Positions 24,032-36,527 are shown, counted from the first letter of the whole stretch. The stretch is DNA of 62,261 nucleotides, filler included, from Sanchytrium tribonematis (GCA_018985235.1; 8 parts of 8 records of this genome joined end to end with filler, not necessarily neighbours in it); one strand, 5' to 3'. Numbers and translations: made by a program. The notes: generated by a model from the letters alone, not told the origin.

Positions 24032-26126
24032 TCAGGGAATGTTGGTAATGGACCAATGAAATAATTGCCTTGAATTTGCAATTCTGTCAAATTCGGTGGC
24101 AATGGTGGTAAAACACCTTTGAGTCCGCAATAAATGACAATAAGTGTTTTTAAGGTGCTTGGCAATGGCGGCAAGCTTCCATTAATCTTTAAATTTGTCA
24201 ATTTTAGGGTTTCTAATCCTTCTTCAAATATAGGCAAATTTCCATTAATTTTTGTGTATCCCAGCTCAAAATACTTCACATGACCAGGTAAAGCAAGAAT
24301 TTTAGCAGATTGATTATATTCACTGTAAATAATCAAAGATTCCAAGCTAGGGGGAATATATTCTGTTTTAAAAGCATATCCGTCTACCGTGTTCAAATTA
24401 AAATAACCCTCATAAAATTCGATCTTTGTGACATTCTGACTCATACAACTCACAACACCATAATAATCATTGCAGCAATTGCGTTGCAAATAATCATCAA
24501 CAAAGTTCATTTCTTGATACCATTTCATGACGTATTTGCATGAATTTAAATAGCTGGTATCTTCATATCTTTGATAATTTTTATAACAATTCGTAAAATT
24601 TGCCAAATTATCTTGAGGTATCAAATTAAATGAAACATCGCATAAATCAAAATTAATTGCATTGGTTATCCAAACTTTATCGATAAAATTATCATACAAA
24701 AACAAATATCCAGATCTTGTAGAAAATCCACTTAAATCAAGACTGCCGCTAATTTTATTAGAACTCAATTCAAGTTCTACAAAATGACTTCCCTTCAACT
24801 CATTTTCGACATCTGTAAATTGATTTTCACCCAAAGTATAGTATTCAATAGAATTTAAATTGGGAACAGTACCATTTAATTGATTTGCACCAAGTGTAGC
24901 CATATATAGATTGGGAGGCATTTTGCCAAGGATGGGTCCGTATAGTTGATTTGAACTGACATGCAACCAAATCATACTTGTAAATCCGGACAAGTCTGGA
25001 AATGCACACTTGATCTGATTATTAGTAAGATGCAACATTTGCAAAGTATTTGGCAATAAAGTGGCATTAATCGTGCCATTTAAATTCAAATCAGGAAACT
25101 GGACACGCTCAATTCTATTTGCATTGCATAATATATACTGAGAGCCCTCGCAACAATTCTCTAAGATTGTTAAAGAATTGTAAATATCTGGTCTGACCAA
25201 ATGCAAATTTAATTGTCTTGCAAATTCAATAATATTTGGACAGTCTATCGAAGGCGTAGATTTTAATTTATAAGTACAGCCGTGTGGTTGAAGGGTCATT
25301 AAATTGATTTCATTGGATGGGTCAAAATAATTATCTTGCAAATTGCAGGTAGTCAATTGCTCAGGATTTGTAATAATGAGATTATCAAAAGAATTACTAG
25401 AAATATCTAAAGCTGTGATATTGGGGGATGAGATTGTCAAATTACCAGTTATAGAATTCTCTGACAGATATAATGCTTTGATTTTCTTGAATTCCACGGG
25501 GACTGGCCCAAACACATTAAGTCGCTTCAAAGTCAAATATTCAATGGTCTCTGGCACATTTGGAAATGGTCGAATTGGATAGATTGCCTTGTTTTCATAT
25601 AGGGTCTTTGCGTCATTGTATAATGCTGTCAAATTGGTGGCATTCTTTGGATAAATATCAAAAGTATATTCCCATAAATCAATATATTCCAAAGAATCTG
25701 GCAATATTGGCAGATATGGCATATCTTTCTTGTAATAGAACCCATTTCAAAGTAAGTTAAATTGGGAAATGCGTTCAATTTATATTTAATAAAATTGGCA
25801 TCTCTAAAATTTAAAACTTTGAGAGAATCAGGTAATTTTGAAACCAACATGGATTTGGTGCTATGTGCCATGTCTAATACGCGTAAACTAGACGGGATAT
25901 TGATATCTGGATACGTTGCTTGTTGGTAATCACTCGCGAATCCCCAATGTAGCTCCGTAACTCGATTATTCTCACAAATAACTCCAAAGCCCAAACAACA
26001 ATCTTGCTCGTATTGAACGAAATAATCAGTATTTGTATACTTAATATCCAATTCGGTAGCAAATTGTATGACTTGTTTACAATCTACAGAGACAGCACTT
26101 AGTAATGATAAAAGAAGCGTGTTCAT
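24032..26126 (-). pseudogene. Multi-module LRR receptor-like gene (copy A); frameshift near 25740; 3'-truncated
   Basis: Signal MNTLLLSLLSA; three Cys-capped LRR modules; collinear with copy B. Confidence 0.85.
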
Positions 26127-26224
26127 TCTTCAAAATGGGTCAGTGGCTTGGAAAAAATAAATTGGAAGCCAAAAGACTTTAAAAATTATGATGCAGAAGC
26201 CCAATAATAAAAAAATACTTTTAT

Positions 26225-28886
26225 TTAAAATGCTAATTGAGGATATTGCTTGCTTGTTGTTTTCTTCTTTTGTCTCCCCAATCGATTTGCAAACAATGTC
26301 ATAATAAATAAACCATTCAAAGCTAATTTGACAATCATCTGCCATGTCCAGTTCAATTGAAATGGGCGCAATCCAAATTTTGTCAATGTGGTCCCTGCAA
26401 CATTCGACAATGTGATTGTACTGCTTGATGCAAATAAGTTATCAGTAGTTCCATTAAATGAAAGCAATGTGGTTCTTTTAAATGGAATACGTGTAATGAC
26501 TAAATAAATGCAAATTACTGGATGGGGCATCATTCTGCAATTCTGAGCTAAAGGCTGACCATTCTGCTGTGTTTGTTGGTACAGAGACAGTAAATTCTGC
26601 TGATTTTCTATTTGTCTCAACTATTGCAGTAGATTCCACACTTGTTTCTCTCACAAAACTTGTAAAACTAGTTGAAATAGTCGTGGAAATCAAACTACTC
26701 GATAAAACAATTTGCAATTGCAGTGGTTTTGGGGTCAAATAATACTTTTTGCACATGGTATAATTACCAATAAATGTGCTATTCAGTAATGGATTATAAG
26801 AAACATCACAATTTGTTAAATGTGTGGTATTTTTGATTTCAATGCTTGAAATATTTGTATTTCCTAAAATCAATGTTTTAGGATGATTTACGAGTAATTT
26901 ATCATTAAAAGTATTGCCCTCTCGTGCATTGTCACCCAATACAATTGTTTGTAATGAATCAGGGAATGTTGGTAATGGGCCAATGAAATAATTGCCTTGA
27001 ATTTGCAATTCTGTCAAATTGGGTGGCAATTGTGGTAAAACACCTTTGAGTCCGCAATACATCAATTCAACACTAGTGAGAGTGCTTGGTAACGAAGATA
27101 CATCTCCTTTCAAATCCAAATTGGTCATTTTTAATGTTTCTAATCCTTCTTCAAATAATGGTAATGTTCCACCAATATTGGTATTTCGAACTTCAAAATA
27201 TTTAATATGACCCGGAAGAGTAGGTGGCAACTTGGCAGTCTGATTAAATTTGAATGAAATTTTCAAAATTTGCAAAGAAGGAGGAATATCCTCCACTTCA
27301 AACACATATCCATTTACAGTGTTTAAAATCAATTGATCAAATTGATTTATATTTAAAGCTGTTACATTTTGATTGACACAAGTGACTGTGCCATATGGAT
27401 CATCACAGCAATTCTCCTCCACCAGAAACGGGGGAGATAAATTCATTTTATGAAACATTCTGAGGACATATTTGCATGAATCCAAATAAGAGGGTTCTGT
27501 ATACCACTGATATTGTGTTTTACAATTTGTGAAATTACCCATTTGATTTTGAGAAATCATATTATATGAAACATCACAAATTAATGCCGTTGTACCCGGT
27601 TTTGCCCATATTCTATCAATAAAATTGCTTCTAAATATAAAATAAATGGGTCTACTTGAATAAAAACCAGTCATATCGATAACACCTTTGATCTGATTAT
27701 ATGACAAATCAATAAATTCGATTTGACTTCCTTGTAACTCATTTTCAACAGCTGTAAATTGATTCTGACTGATTCTCAAGGTTTTTATGGATAAAATATT
27801 GGGAATAGTTCCATTTAGTCGATTTCTGTCAAGTTGAACTACGTTTAGATTGGGAGGCAATTTACCATAAATGGGTCCCGTTAATTGATTGTCATACAAT
27901 TGTAATGAATTTAGATTCACTAAATGGGATAAATCTGGAAAAGGCCCAGTGATCTGGTTCATTCTCAACTCTAAAATATTCAGGGTGTTTGGCAATAAAG
28001 TCCCATTTATAGTTCAATTCAAGTTTCGTTCATAAAATTGAATACTACTGATTCTATTTGATGAACAGCCATAAAAGACATCACAGCAATTTTGGCTATT
28101 TTCGATCTTATTGAAGAAATCCGGACTTGTTAAATGCATGTTTAATTGTTTTAAAAATTGAATCAAATTGGGACAATCTGGAGATGGAGTGGTTTTCAAT
28201 GAATAAGAACATCCATATGGTTGAAGGGCCAATAAATCATTATTATTTGAAATATCAAACTGGATATATCCAATATTGCAGGTCTTCAACTTTTGAGGAT
28301 TCAAAACAAATAAATTGTCAATTTTGTTGAAAGCGATGTTCAAACTGGTGATATTGGGAGATGCAATTGTTAAATTGCCAGTAATTTGATTTCCACGCAA
28401 TTGTAATTCTTTAATATGCTTAAAATCAAAGGAGATAGGGCCATATAAATGAGAAAACTGCAAATCCAAATATTCAATGGTATCTGGTAGATTTGGAAAC
28501 CGACGTGGTACATAATTGACATAGGAATACAATCCGCTATTGTACAATGTCTTCAAATTCATGGCATTTTTTGGATAAATATCATAAATATGACCATACA
28601 AATCAATATATTCCAAAGAATCTGGCAAAATGGGTAAATTGGGTGGATCTGTCTCGTCATATTCACCCAATATAAAGTATGTCAAATTGGGAAATGCATT
28701 TAGATTGAATCTAATGTAGTTTGCTTCTGTTAAATCCATAACTTTGAGAGAATCGGGTAATTTCGTAATCATCATGGATTTCGTGCTATATGCCAAGTCT
28801 AATACGCGTAAATTGGGTGGTAGAATGATATTGGGATGTGTTGCTTGCTTATAATCACTCGTAAATCCCCAATGGATCTCCGTCAC
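26225..28886 (-). pseudogene. Multi-module LRR receptor-like gene (copy B); 5'-truncated; in-frame TGA at 28014-28016; intron 26500-26518 precedes the TM exon
   Basis: NLN*TINGTLLPNTL versus paralog NLNGTINATLLPNTL; the spliced C-terminus gives TM WQMIVKLALNGLFIMTLFA plus RQKKK. Confidence 0.85.
26500..26518 (-). other. 19-nt spliceosomal intron
   Basis: gtaatttgcatttatttag; removal joins ORF 26478..27995 to the 26225..26620 frame. Confidence 0.82.
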
Positions 28887-29142
28887 GGTCTCATCATGTT
28901 AAAGTGTAAGATGATATTTATTTGGGGGAGAGCCGGTATTTATGTGTTTTGGGAACCCCTTGTACCAATCACGTGTTCTGACGATGGCTGTGATTGGTAC
29001 TCATATATTACCAATATTTCGGGGTCAATGCAGCTCCCATATTGGGACTGCACATCCCCATTTCTTAAGTTGAAACACGGATTGTTTTATTTGGGAAAAG
29101 CATACTAGAAAGCTGCATTAAAACCAAATTTTAATAAATAAT

Positions 29143-29631
29143 TTATTCTCGCTTAACAATCAAACGGTTAAGCGGGTGGCTACGATTCTTATCCATTCGT
29201 GCCCAGTAATCTTGAAAGGCTTCTGAGCCAATCACATTCTCAATTGGCTGGAAATCAGCCACATCTTCGAAACCGGCGTACCGCGTATCTTGCATCATGC
29301 GATACGTGATTTTTCCGGCATCATCCACTGATTTAAAAACTCGAACATTTCTTAATTCATGGACATCATGGAATTCTTCTTGCTCCAATTCCACTCTTTC
29401 CAATGCTTCTCGATAAGCCCCTCGAAACGCCGATACCACACGTTCATATTCGTGGTGTTCGTCGGTGTCACGTGCAATATTTGCAGGAGGGCGAATGTAA
29501 AGATTAACGGCCTGCATAATCCGTTGATTAAGGCGATTTGCCGTAAAATTTAGAACCGAAGTATCATGCTTCTTGCAGTACTTACGTTCGTTACGGGACT
29601 TTGTTTTGACTAATCCTTTTCCTTTTGCCAT
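29143..29631 (-). CDS. 162-aa ORF with a basic N-terminus and a divergent chromodomain, downstream of the Gypsy integrase
   Basis: EEFHDVHELRNVR...TRYAGFEDVADFQPIENV..SEAFQDYW follows the chromodomain pattern (Y.VE.I...R...VKW.GY....TWEP..N). Confidence 0.55.
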   Translation of the reverse strand: MAKGKGLVKTKSRNERKYCKKHDTSVLNFTANRLNQRIMQAVNLYIRPPANIARDTDEHHEYERVVSAFRGAYREALERVELEQEEFHDVHELRNVRVFKSVDDAGKITYRMMQDTRYAGFEDVADFQPIENVIGSEAFQDYWARMDKNRSHPLNRLIVKRE

Positions 29632-30059
29632 TTAACAAACGGGGAGTCATGTGAATTTAAAACACGACGTAACCACGCTGATTGGCTTACAACTAATCAA
29701 TTGTTTGCAACCCCAGGACTTGTACAATGACTTTGATTGGGTGCAAATTAATCACGTGAACATAAATTTGAAACTTCCCCCCTTGGTAAAACATATTGAA
29801 GGGGTAACATTCTGGTTCTTAATTTAACCGCTTGGGGTAATGTTGATCTGGTTACTAGACTAACCGTGATACATTACCTACCTAATTCATTTGTTTTAAT
29901 TGATTATTGGTATTGGTTTAGCCTGTTCTGGCTAGTATAAATATTAGTGAGTCTATTTACCTTATGCTGGAGCCAAGCTGATTTTTGTCATTTGACTCAG
30001 GTAATTGACTCTTAGACAGTCGAGACTAGGTGGTTTTTGCCATCTAGCTTCCCCATTTC

Positions 30060-31188
30060 TTATGCAACCCGAACATCCTGTATATGGCATTGAACACACT
30101 TATCATTGTCAGCTTTCAACTCTACGATGTTTGTCGCGAGTTCTTTGACAAATGTCAAAGGTTCTTCTAAGAAATAATAATCTAACTTAGATGTTCGCCA
30201 TGAATTTGATATGTATACCTTATCGCCTTGTTTTAAATTTAATTTTGATTTCTTTGTGTTTGTTTTAGACAAGCGCTTGTTTCTGTGGGCATAAGCTGTT
30301 GTTTTAGCTTGGTCCCTCAATATTGTTATATCTGGCTTATCTTTGGTTCTATTTAATGTTAATGGATTTATATCCTTTCCAAATAATAGCCTAGCTGGGG
30401 ACTGCCCTGTTGACGAATTAGTGGCGTTATTCATACTCAGAATTGCCCAGTGCAGAGAATCTGTCCATGATTTTCCTGACATATGTCGGAGAGCTCTGAT
30501 TTTGTTATCCAGAGTCCTATGGTATCTTTCTACTGGATTTTGAAAGTGACTGTATGGAGCTGTCTTTTGCACAATGCAATTTAAATTTTCCACGTATGTA
30601 GAAAACTCCTTGGACAGAAATTGACTTCCATTGTCTACAATCATTTCTTTTGGTGGTCCAAATATCTGGATCCAATTTCGATTTAATGCTTGTATTACAT
30701 CCTCGGCTTTTGTATTATGCAAGGGGATTGCATTAAAGAATCTTGTGCAATCGTCTAATATTGTTAACATATATCGACAGTCATCCATGTTATCTGGATC
30801 GATTGGGTATGGCCCCTTAATATCGATATGAATTCTGTCTAACGCATCCATTGGTATGCGGGATTCATAGTGCTTATTGATTGATGGTGGTCTAGCAAGT
30901 AGACATGTTTTGCATTTTCTAATATATTCCTCAATCCTTCTAGATCTATTCTTAAACCAATAGTCCATTAAATATAAGCTAGTTTGCTGCTTACCTGGAT
31001 GGATTGATATGGGATTTTCGTGTGCTAGAGCTATCATAGTATCTATCATATGTTCTGGCACTACAATTTTTGCCCTGCCTTTATCTGAAATCCTATATAT
31101 GATATTGTTGAGGATTTTAAACTTAGAAGTTTTGATTCTTGCAGTCTTTTGAAGGATTAAATCCTTCGCCTGATCCTCTTCCCAGTCC
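30060..31188 (-). mobile_element. Ty3/Gypsy LTR retrotransposon pol 3' end (integrase), 5'-partial
   Basis: HHCC zinc finger (H..H...CKTC); IHIDIKGP, IVDNGSQF and NPVER DDE core; TGQSPARLLFG; GDKVYI. Confidence 0.93.
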
Positions 31189-31288
31189 NNNNNNNNNNNN
31201 NNNNNNNNNNNNNNNNNNNNNNNNNNNNNNNNTTAATTAATTAANNNNNNNNNNNNNNNNNNNNNNNNNNNNNNNNNNNNNNNNNNNN
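31189..31288. other. Artificial contig spacer
   Basis: 100-nt N/TTAATTAATTAA linker. Confidence 0.98.
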
Positions 31289-31530
31289 CTGGCCAGTCAC
31301 AGCTCGAGCTGCTGGTTACGTTTATTGGCGCCTTTGCCTGCATACCATTGTCCTTTTGTTGGCCAGCATTTTTACATTACAAAGCAGTTGCTCAAACAAG
31401 GACTCAAAAGTTGAAAGATATATTGCTATTTTTATTTGGAATTTCAGGAATGCTTATCGTATGTGGTATTGCATTTGAGAAATGGATTTCTGGAGATCAG
31501 GATATACCTACTAGTCGATGTGAACAATAA
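31289..31530 (+). CDS. 3' end of an AVT/SLC36-type amino-acid transporter
   Basis: LVTFIGAFACIPLSFCWPAFLHYKA resembles the C-terminus of 47816..49147. Confidence 0.75.
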
Positions 31531-31571
31531 ATCTGTCATCCGCTTCAATTTTAATAGTAAAAGTATATTTA

Positions 31572-32525
31572 TTACCTTCGTCGATGTTCATATGATGATT
31601 GTCTGCTTCTAGATTCATCACTGCGCCTGTCGTGTGTATCACGCGAGTCTCTTCGATCTACTGGAGGTCTTCGGTCATTTCTCCTGTCGTTGTACGAATC
31701 TCTTCGGTGAGAGTCGGGTCGGCGAAAATCGTCTCTTCTATCGTCACGACGATCATCCCTTCTATCGTATGGCCTTCTATCATCTCGTCTGTAATTCGAT
31801 CGGTCATCCCTTCTATCATACGGTCGTTCATCTCTACGATAGTCTCTGTCGTTTCTTCGATCATCTCTAGGTGAAGGCCTGTCTTCTCTGCTGGGAGGTC
31901 TGTCGTTTCTTCGATCATAAGGTCGTTCGTCTCGTCGATCAAATCGTTTTCTTTCTTCGTAACGATCGTCCCTCTTTCGTTTGCGTTGATTGTCGTAAAA
32001 GTCATGATCTTGGAAGTCTTTGTCTTGATCTGGGTGGTATTTAGGATGTACCATTTTACAATTGGGACCAATTGGACAAAATCCACAAAGATACATAGGA
32101 CAAATAAACTTTCTTAAATGCAGATTTCTACAATTTGGACCACGATTACAGAAACCGCGTCTGTAAAACGTGCACTCGACCTTTATAGCATTTGGATCAA
32201 TGTGTCTGTAAAAGCATTCTTGATTACTACATTCTTTGTATTTACTAAAAAAGAAACATTCGGGCATCTTTTCCATGTTAAATTCATGTAAATATTCACA
32301 GTTGTCTCCCTTTTTGCACAAATTTCGTAGCCAATGTTTGCAAACAATGGTTTTATCACTATCATCGAAACGCCTTTTGACGTGTTTATTAGGACAAGTT
32401 TTGCCTAGTTGACAAAACCCTTTTAAATAAAACTGGCATACGTCTCTCGATGCAATCTTTAACTCGTCTCGAACGTACGTCTCAAAATCGAAGTCAAAAT
32501 CAAATTGCTTCTGGACAGATGCCAT
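31572..32525 (-). CDS. YTH1: CPSF30/Yth1 polyadenylation factor with an Arg/Asp-rich tail
   Basis: Five CCCH fingers; VCKHWLRNLCKKGDNCEYLHEFNMEKMPEC. Confidence 0.95.
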   Translation of the reverse strand: MASVQKQFDFDFDFETYVRDELKIASRDVCQFYLKGFCQLGKTCPNKHVKRRFDDSDKTIVCKHWLRNLCKKGDNCEYLHEFNMEKMPECFFFSKYKECSNQECFYRHIDPNAIKVECTFYRRGFCNRGPNCRNLHLRKFICPMYLCGFCPIGPNCKMVHPKYHPDQDKDFQDHDFYDNQRKRKRDDRYEERKRFDRRDERPYDRRNDRPPSREDRPSPRDDRRNDRDYRRDERPYDRRDDRSNYRRDDRRPYDRRDDRRDDRRDDFRRPDSHRRDSYNDRRNDRRPPVDRRDSRDTHDRRSDESRSRQSSYEHRRR

Positions 32526-32624
32526 TTATTTCAAGGAGATTTGGCTTTAGATTTATATACTGCAATTAATATAGAAGATTCTTGAATTTGTAACTGATTG
32601 GACGCATTTACAATTCATAATTTA

Positions 32625-33188
32625 TTAAAAGCAAATATTTATCCATGGATCTTTTCTAGAGAGAGTGAATTTTTGACTAGGAAACCTCTTGTCACTGCTA
32701 GATTCTTGAATGGTGAGGGTGGACTTTAGGAGATAAGAAGTTATTGTTGTCGTGTCATACGTGTCTAAATTTTTCTCATCTGAGGAGAATTCGACATTTT
32801 TAACATTCTCAATTGATGAAAATATTCTTATGATTTCATTTTGTAAATTTTTGATATTGGTGATATCATTCAACATATATTTTGGGTATTCTGAAGGGAC
32901 TTTTTTGCTGCTCAGACCAGTAAAGGTATTATATACAACCATTATAAATTTATCTTTTAATGAAGCTTTAAGTATCTCAAATTTAATATGTGGGGTCGAT
33001 GAATTAGATATCTTATTGGTAAATTTGTAGCATGAAGTATTAAAGTGTTGCCTTTTGCAATTTTGGTGCATGTTCGCTTCTAATTTTCTTTTAACCATGA
33101 AAATTCCCCCTGTTTCGTAAGATGGCTCAATCAAATACAATACCTGCCTTCTACCAATTCGGTTTTGCTTGATATCCTTATTACTCAT
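32625..33188 (-). CDS. Hypothetical protein
   Basis: 187-aa ORF in a gene-dense contig; no motif recognised. Confidence 0.45.
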   Translation of the reverse strand: MSNKDIKQNRIGRRQVLYLIEPSYETGGIFMVKRKLEANMHQNCKRQHFNTSCYKFTNKISNSSTPHIKFEILKASLKDKFIMVVYNTFTGLSSKKVPSEYPKYMLNDITNIKNLQNEIIRIFSSIENVKNVEFSSDEKNLDTYDTTTITSYLLKSTLTIQESSSDKRFPSQKFTLSRKDPWINICF

Positions 33189-33249
33189 AGTATCATATCA
33201 TCTTTATGTTGAAACGACAAGCAGTAAAAACTCACGAAACTAGATTTCT

Positions 33250-33840
33250 TTATTTTTTATACAGTTTCATCTGCTTTAATTTCGATCTGAGATGTTTTAT
33301 TTGTTCGTCTTTGTAATCCGAGCACCTTTGAAATTTTGAAAGGATTTTTTCTTGCTTTTCGTGGGCTTCTTTAAATATTTTTGCGTCTCTTTCACTGTTA
33401 ACAAGTCTTGTTTCCATTCCTTTAAATAATTTATGAAATTCACCGAGCATCTTCTTTGTTAACTCAAGCTCGCATGTTTTTGCATGCAACTCGCTTTTAT
33501 AAAAATTCTCCACATCAACCGAAGTGTCCTTCGACCCTTTCAACAACTGATTTTCCAGCAACAATTTCTGTATTAACGTTGATTTGATCGACAACTCATT
33601 ATTTAAAAGTCTTTCTCGCGATTTAAAGCTATCTATTTCCTGTTCCAGAACATTTACAACTTTGATAAGTGATTCATATTCTGAATCCAAAAAAATAACT
33701 CTACTCGATTCTTGGTTCGAGAGGCTGTATTCCGATTGAAACCCTTTCTTATCATTAAATTTGCTGTCTACGTGTGGTAAATGATCTAAATGAGAGCAAC
33801 AAGTGTAATACGAGGTTGCTGATGATGTTCGAGATTTCAT
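33250..33840 (-). CDS. Hypothetical coiled-coil protein
   Basis: 196 aa, heptad-like E/K/L composition. Confidence 0.55.
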   Translation of the reverse strand: MKSRTSSATSYYTCCSHLDHLPHVDSKFNDKKGFQSEYSLSNQESSRVIFLDSEYESLIKVVNVLEQEIDSFKSRERLLNNELSIKSTLIQKLLLENQLLKGSKDTSVDVENFYKSELHAKTCELELTKKMLGEFHKLFKGMETRLVNSERDAKIFKEAHEKQEKILSKFQRCSDYKDEQIKHLRSKLKQMKLYKK

Positions 33841-34005
33841 AAGTGGCTAGTTAAAATTGATTTTAAATCCCATAACATTTGTAGGTTTGAAAGTCTAATT
33901 GTTTCTAAGTTAATTTAAATATAAATTGATAGCACAATCTAACAAGTTTATTGTTTGAGATCCACGATTGTCGATGGTTTGAAATTGCCATCTGATAATT
34001 GAAAC

Positions 34006-35803
34006 ATGTCAGCGATAACTTGGAAGGATATTGAGTATTCGGTAAAAGCTAAGAAGCAGGAAAAGCAATTACTGTCGGGAATCAGCGGAGAATGTTTACC
34101 TGGAGAGATGGTTGCTATATTAGGCTCGTCTGGTGCAGGAAAATCCACATTGTTAAATGTCCTATGCGGTAGGGCCACGGGTAAAATCGACGGACAGGTC
34201 TTGGTCAATGGAAAAGTAAGAGATCCAAGTGAATGGTTAAAGATGACTTCATTTGTTGAACAAGATGATTTGTTCTTTGATCAAATTACAGTTAATGAGA
34301 GTATTCAATTTAGCGCCAATCTTAAATTACCACATCTAAGCTCTTCTGAGCGCAAAACAATTGTGACAGAAACAATTAACGAACTTGGTCTTATTAACGT
34401 CAAAGATAGCAAGATTGGAAATGCAGCAAAACGAGGAATATCTGGAGGAGAGAGAAAGAGATGTGCAATTGCTGTCGAACTAGTCACTGACCCAGACGTT
34501 CTTTTTCTAGATGAACCTACTAGTGGACTAGACAGTTTCATTGCTTATAATATTATAAAAACTTTAAAAGACTTGGCAGTTAGCAAAAAGAAAACCGTCA
34601 TTATGACTATTCATCAGCCAAGAGAAACAATAGTTCAACTTTTTGACAAAATAATGCTGCTGAGTCAAGGTAAAACGGTGTTTTACGGTAATCTTGAAGA
34701 AGGCTTGATCCATTTCGAGAAGAATGGTTATCCTTGTCCAGAAAATACAAACCCAGCCAACTTCTTTATTGATTTGATCACAATTGATTACAGAACTCCA
34801 GAGAAAGAGGTCGAAAGTACTAACAGAATTTTAAGACTCCAAGAGGCTTGGAAGACACCCGAATTGAGTTTTCCAAAGATTTCCGACGAAGAATATAAGA
34901 AATCATCAAAATCTAGAATGATGAAGTTCAATGCCTCCTGGCCATATGAAATGGCTTTATTACTTCAGAGAGACGGAAACAATATTTTTAGAAATCCAGC
35001 TACATTCGGAGCAACAATCGGTGGAGGGCTGGTTTCTTTAGTACTATTTAGTGTCATTTATTATGATTTCTCAGATTCTCCCGCGGGCATTCAAAATAGA
35101 AAAGGTCTCATATTCAATTTAGCATTAAATGCAATGTTTGGGTCTTTGAATTGTATCAATTATTTTCCAGCCGAAAAACCAATTATTAGAAAGGAAAGAA
35201 GTGCTGGTATGTACCGTGCCCCTTCTGCATATCTAAGCAAAGTATTAGCAAATTTTCCTTTAATTGTACTTCAAGTAGTTGTGTTGAGTCTTCCAATATA
35301 CTGGATCGTGGGATTTCGCCCGGATGCGGGTAGTTTTTTGCTGTTTTTATTGATCATTTTTGTGGAAACAATCACAGCTACATTCATGGTAAAATTTATT
35401 TATTTAGGGATTTATGATCGGTGCTTTGGTGCCTACTATCACAATTGGTCAAATTTTTGGACCACTTTTAGCTGTATTATTTATGGTTTTTGGAGGTTTG
35501 TTTGCGAATCTCGACTCTATCGGAAGTTGGATATCATGGATACAATATATTTCTTTGGTAGCAAACGCCAACAAGGCATTATCTCAAAATGAATTTTATG
35601 GTAGAAGTTTTAATTGCGCTTCAAAGACTCAAGGTAATCAATGCGTGCAACAAAGCGGTGAAGACATTGTAAAGTCGAGCTCACTGAATGACCCTAGCCT
35701 TGGAATTGTCACATTAGTCAATATTGGAATGATGGCAGCCTTTTGCATTATAGGAATGATTGGTTTTTATAAAACGACCAAACCCATCATCAAATTAAAA
35801 TAA
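34006..35803 (+). CDS. ABCG (White-type) half transporter; exons 34006-35388 and 35408-35803
   Basis: GSSGAGKS, ISGGERKR, LFLDEPTSGLD, TIHQP; the ABC2 membrane domain is completed by splicing (TFM|GFMIG). Confidence 0.95.
35389..35407 (+). other. 19-nt spliceosomal intron
   Basis: gtaaaatttatttatttag; phase 0; restores the ABCG membrane domain. Confidence 0.9.
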
Positions 35804-35855
35804 ATGCCAAAATATTTGGATATTTAATTTGAACTACTTTATTTGAAACATATCA

Positions 35856-36515
35856 ATGGGAAATTATAAAATTGAAAATAACGTCAGATGTCATTTGCTT
35901 GATGGATTCGCCATACTAATTCAGGGATTTTTGGCTCTATTGGCATTCTCATCTCTTATTATTAAACGGCATAAAGAAATACCAAGAAGGCCTTTGCTAA
36001 TTTGGCTTATGGACACATCTAAGCAAGCATTTGGTGCTTCATTTGTTCACTTACTCAATATTGTATTTAGTTTAGATGCTATAGTTAATCCTTGTGGACA
36101 ATATATACTGAATATTTTGCTTGATACCACTTTTGGTGTTTATATTGTTTTGTACATTCATGGTATGTTGTATACCCTAGTCAATAAGAAATGGTCTTTA
36201 GCAAGTGGCTATTACGGAGAGACTCCAAATTTTTTGATATGGCTCAGTCAATTTGTCATTTATTTAATTGCTTTGTCGAGCATGAAAATAATAGTTGTTT
36301 TATTTATAAGAGTATTTCATCTTGGATATTTCGTGGAAGCACTGCTCAGTCAAATGAATGAGCAAGTTCAAATTGTACTTGTCATGTTTGTTATACCGCT
36401 TATTATGAACATTGTGCAATTTTGGCTAATCGACCACGGAATTAAATTTATGAATAGACAAGCTTATGAGGAAGTTTTGGACGAAGAAGAAGTATCTAGC
36501 GAAAAAGATGAATAA
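35856..36515 (+). CDS. STIMATE/TMEM110 (YPL162C-like) membrane protein
   Basis: C.LLDGFA..IQG.L...KRHKE.PRRP..IW.MDTSKQ; NPC..Y.LN.LLDTT.G; NIVQFWLID. Confidence 0.88.
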   Translation: MGNYKIENNVRCHLLDGFAILIQGFLALLAFSSLIIKRHKEIPRRPLLIWLMDTSKQAFGASFVHLLNIVFSLDAIVNPCGQYILNILLDTTFGVYIVLYIHGMLYTLVNKKWSLASGYYGETPNFLIWLSQFVIYLIALSSMKIIVVLFIRVFHLGYFVEALLSQMNEQVQIVLVMFVIPLIMNIVQFWLIDHGIKFMNRQAYEEVLDEEEVSSEKDE

Positions 36516-36527
36516 ATCAATTTCAAT

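Noticed and set aside
28890..30059. 3' LTR and polypurine tract of the Gypsy element
   Set aside because: Several TG..CA and purine-tract candidates exist, but there is no second LTR in the contig to fix boundaries.
31599..32086. Overlapping repetitive ORFs in alternative frames
   Set aside because: Shadows of the RD-repeat tail of YTH1.
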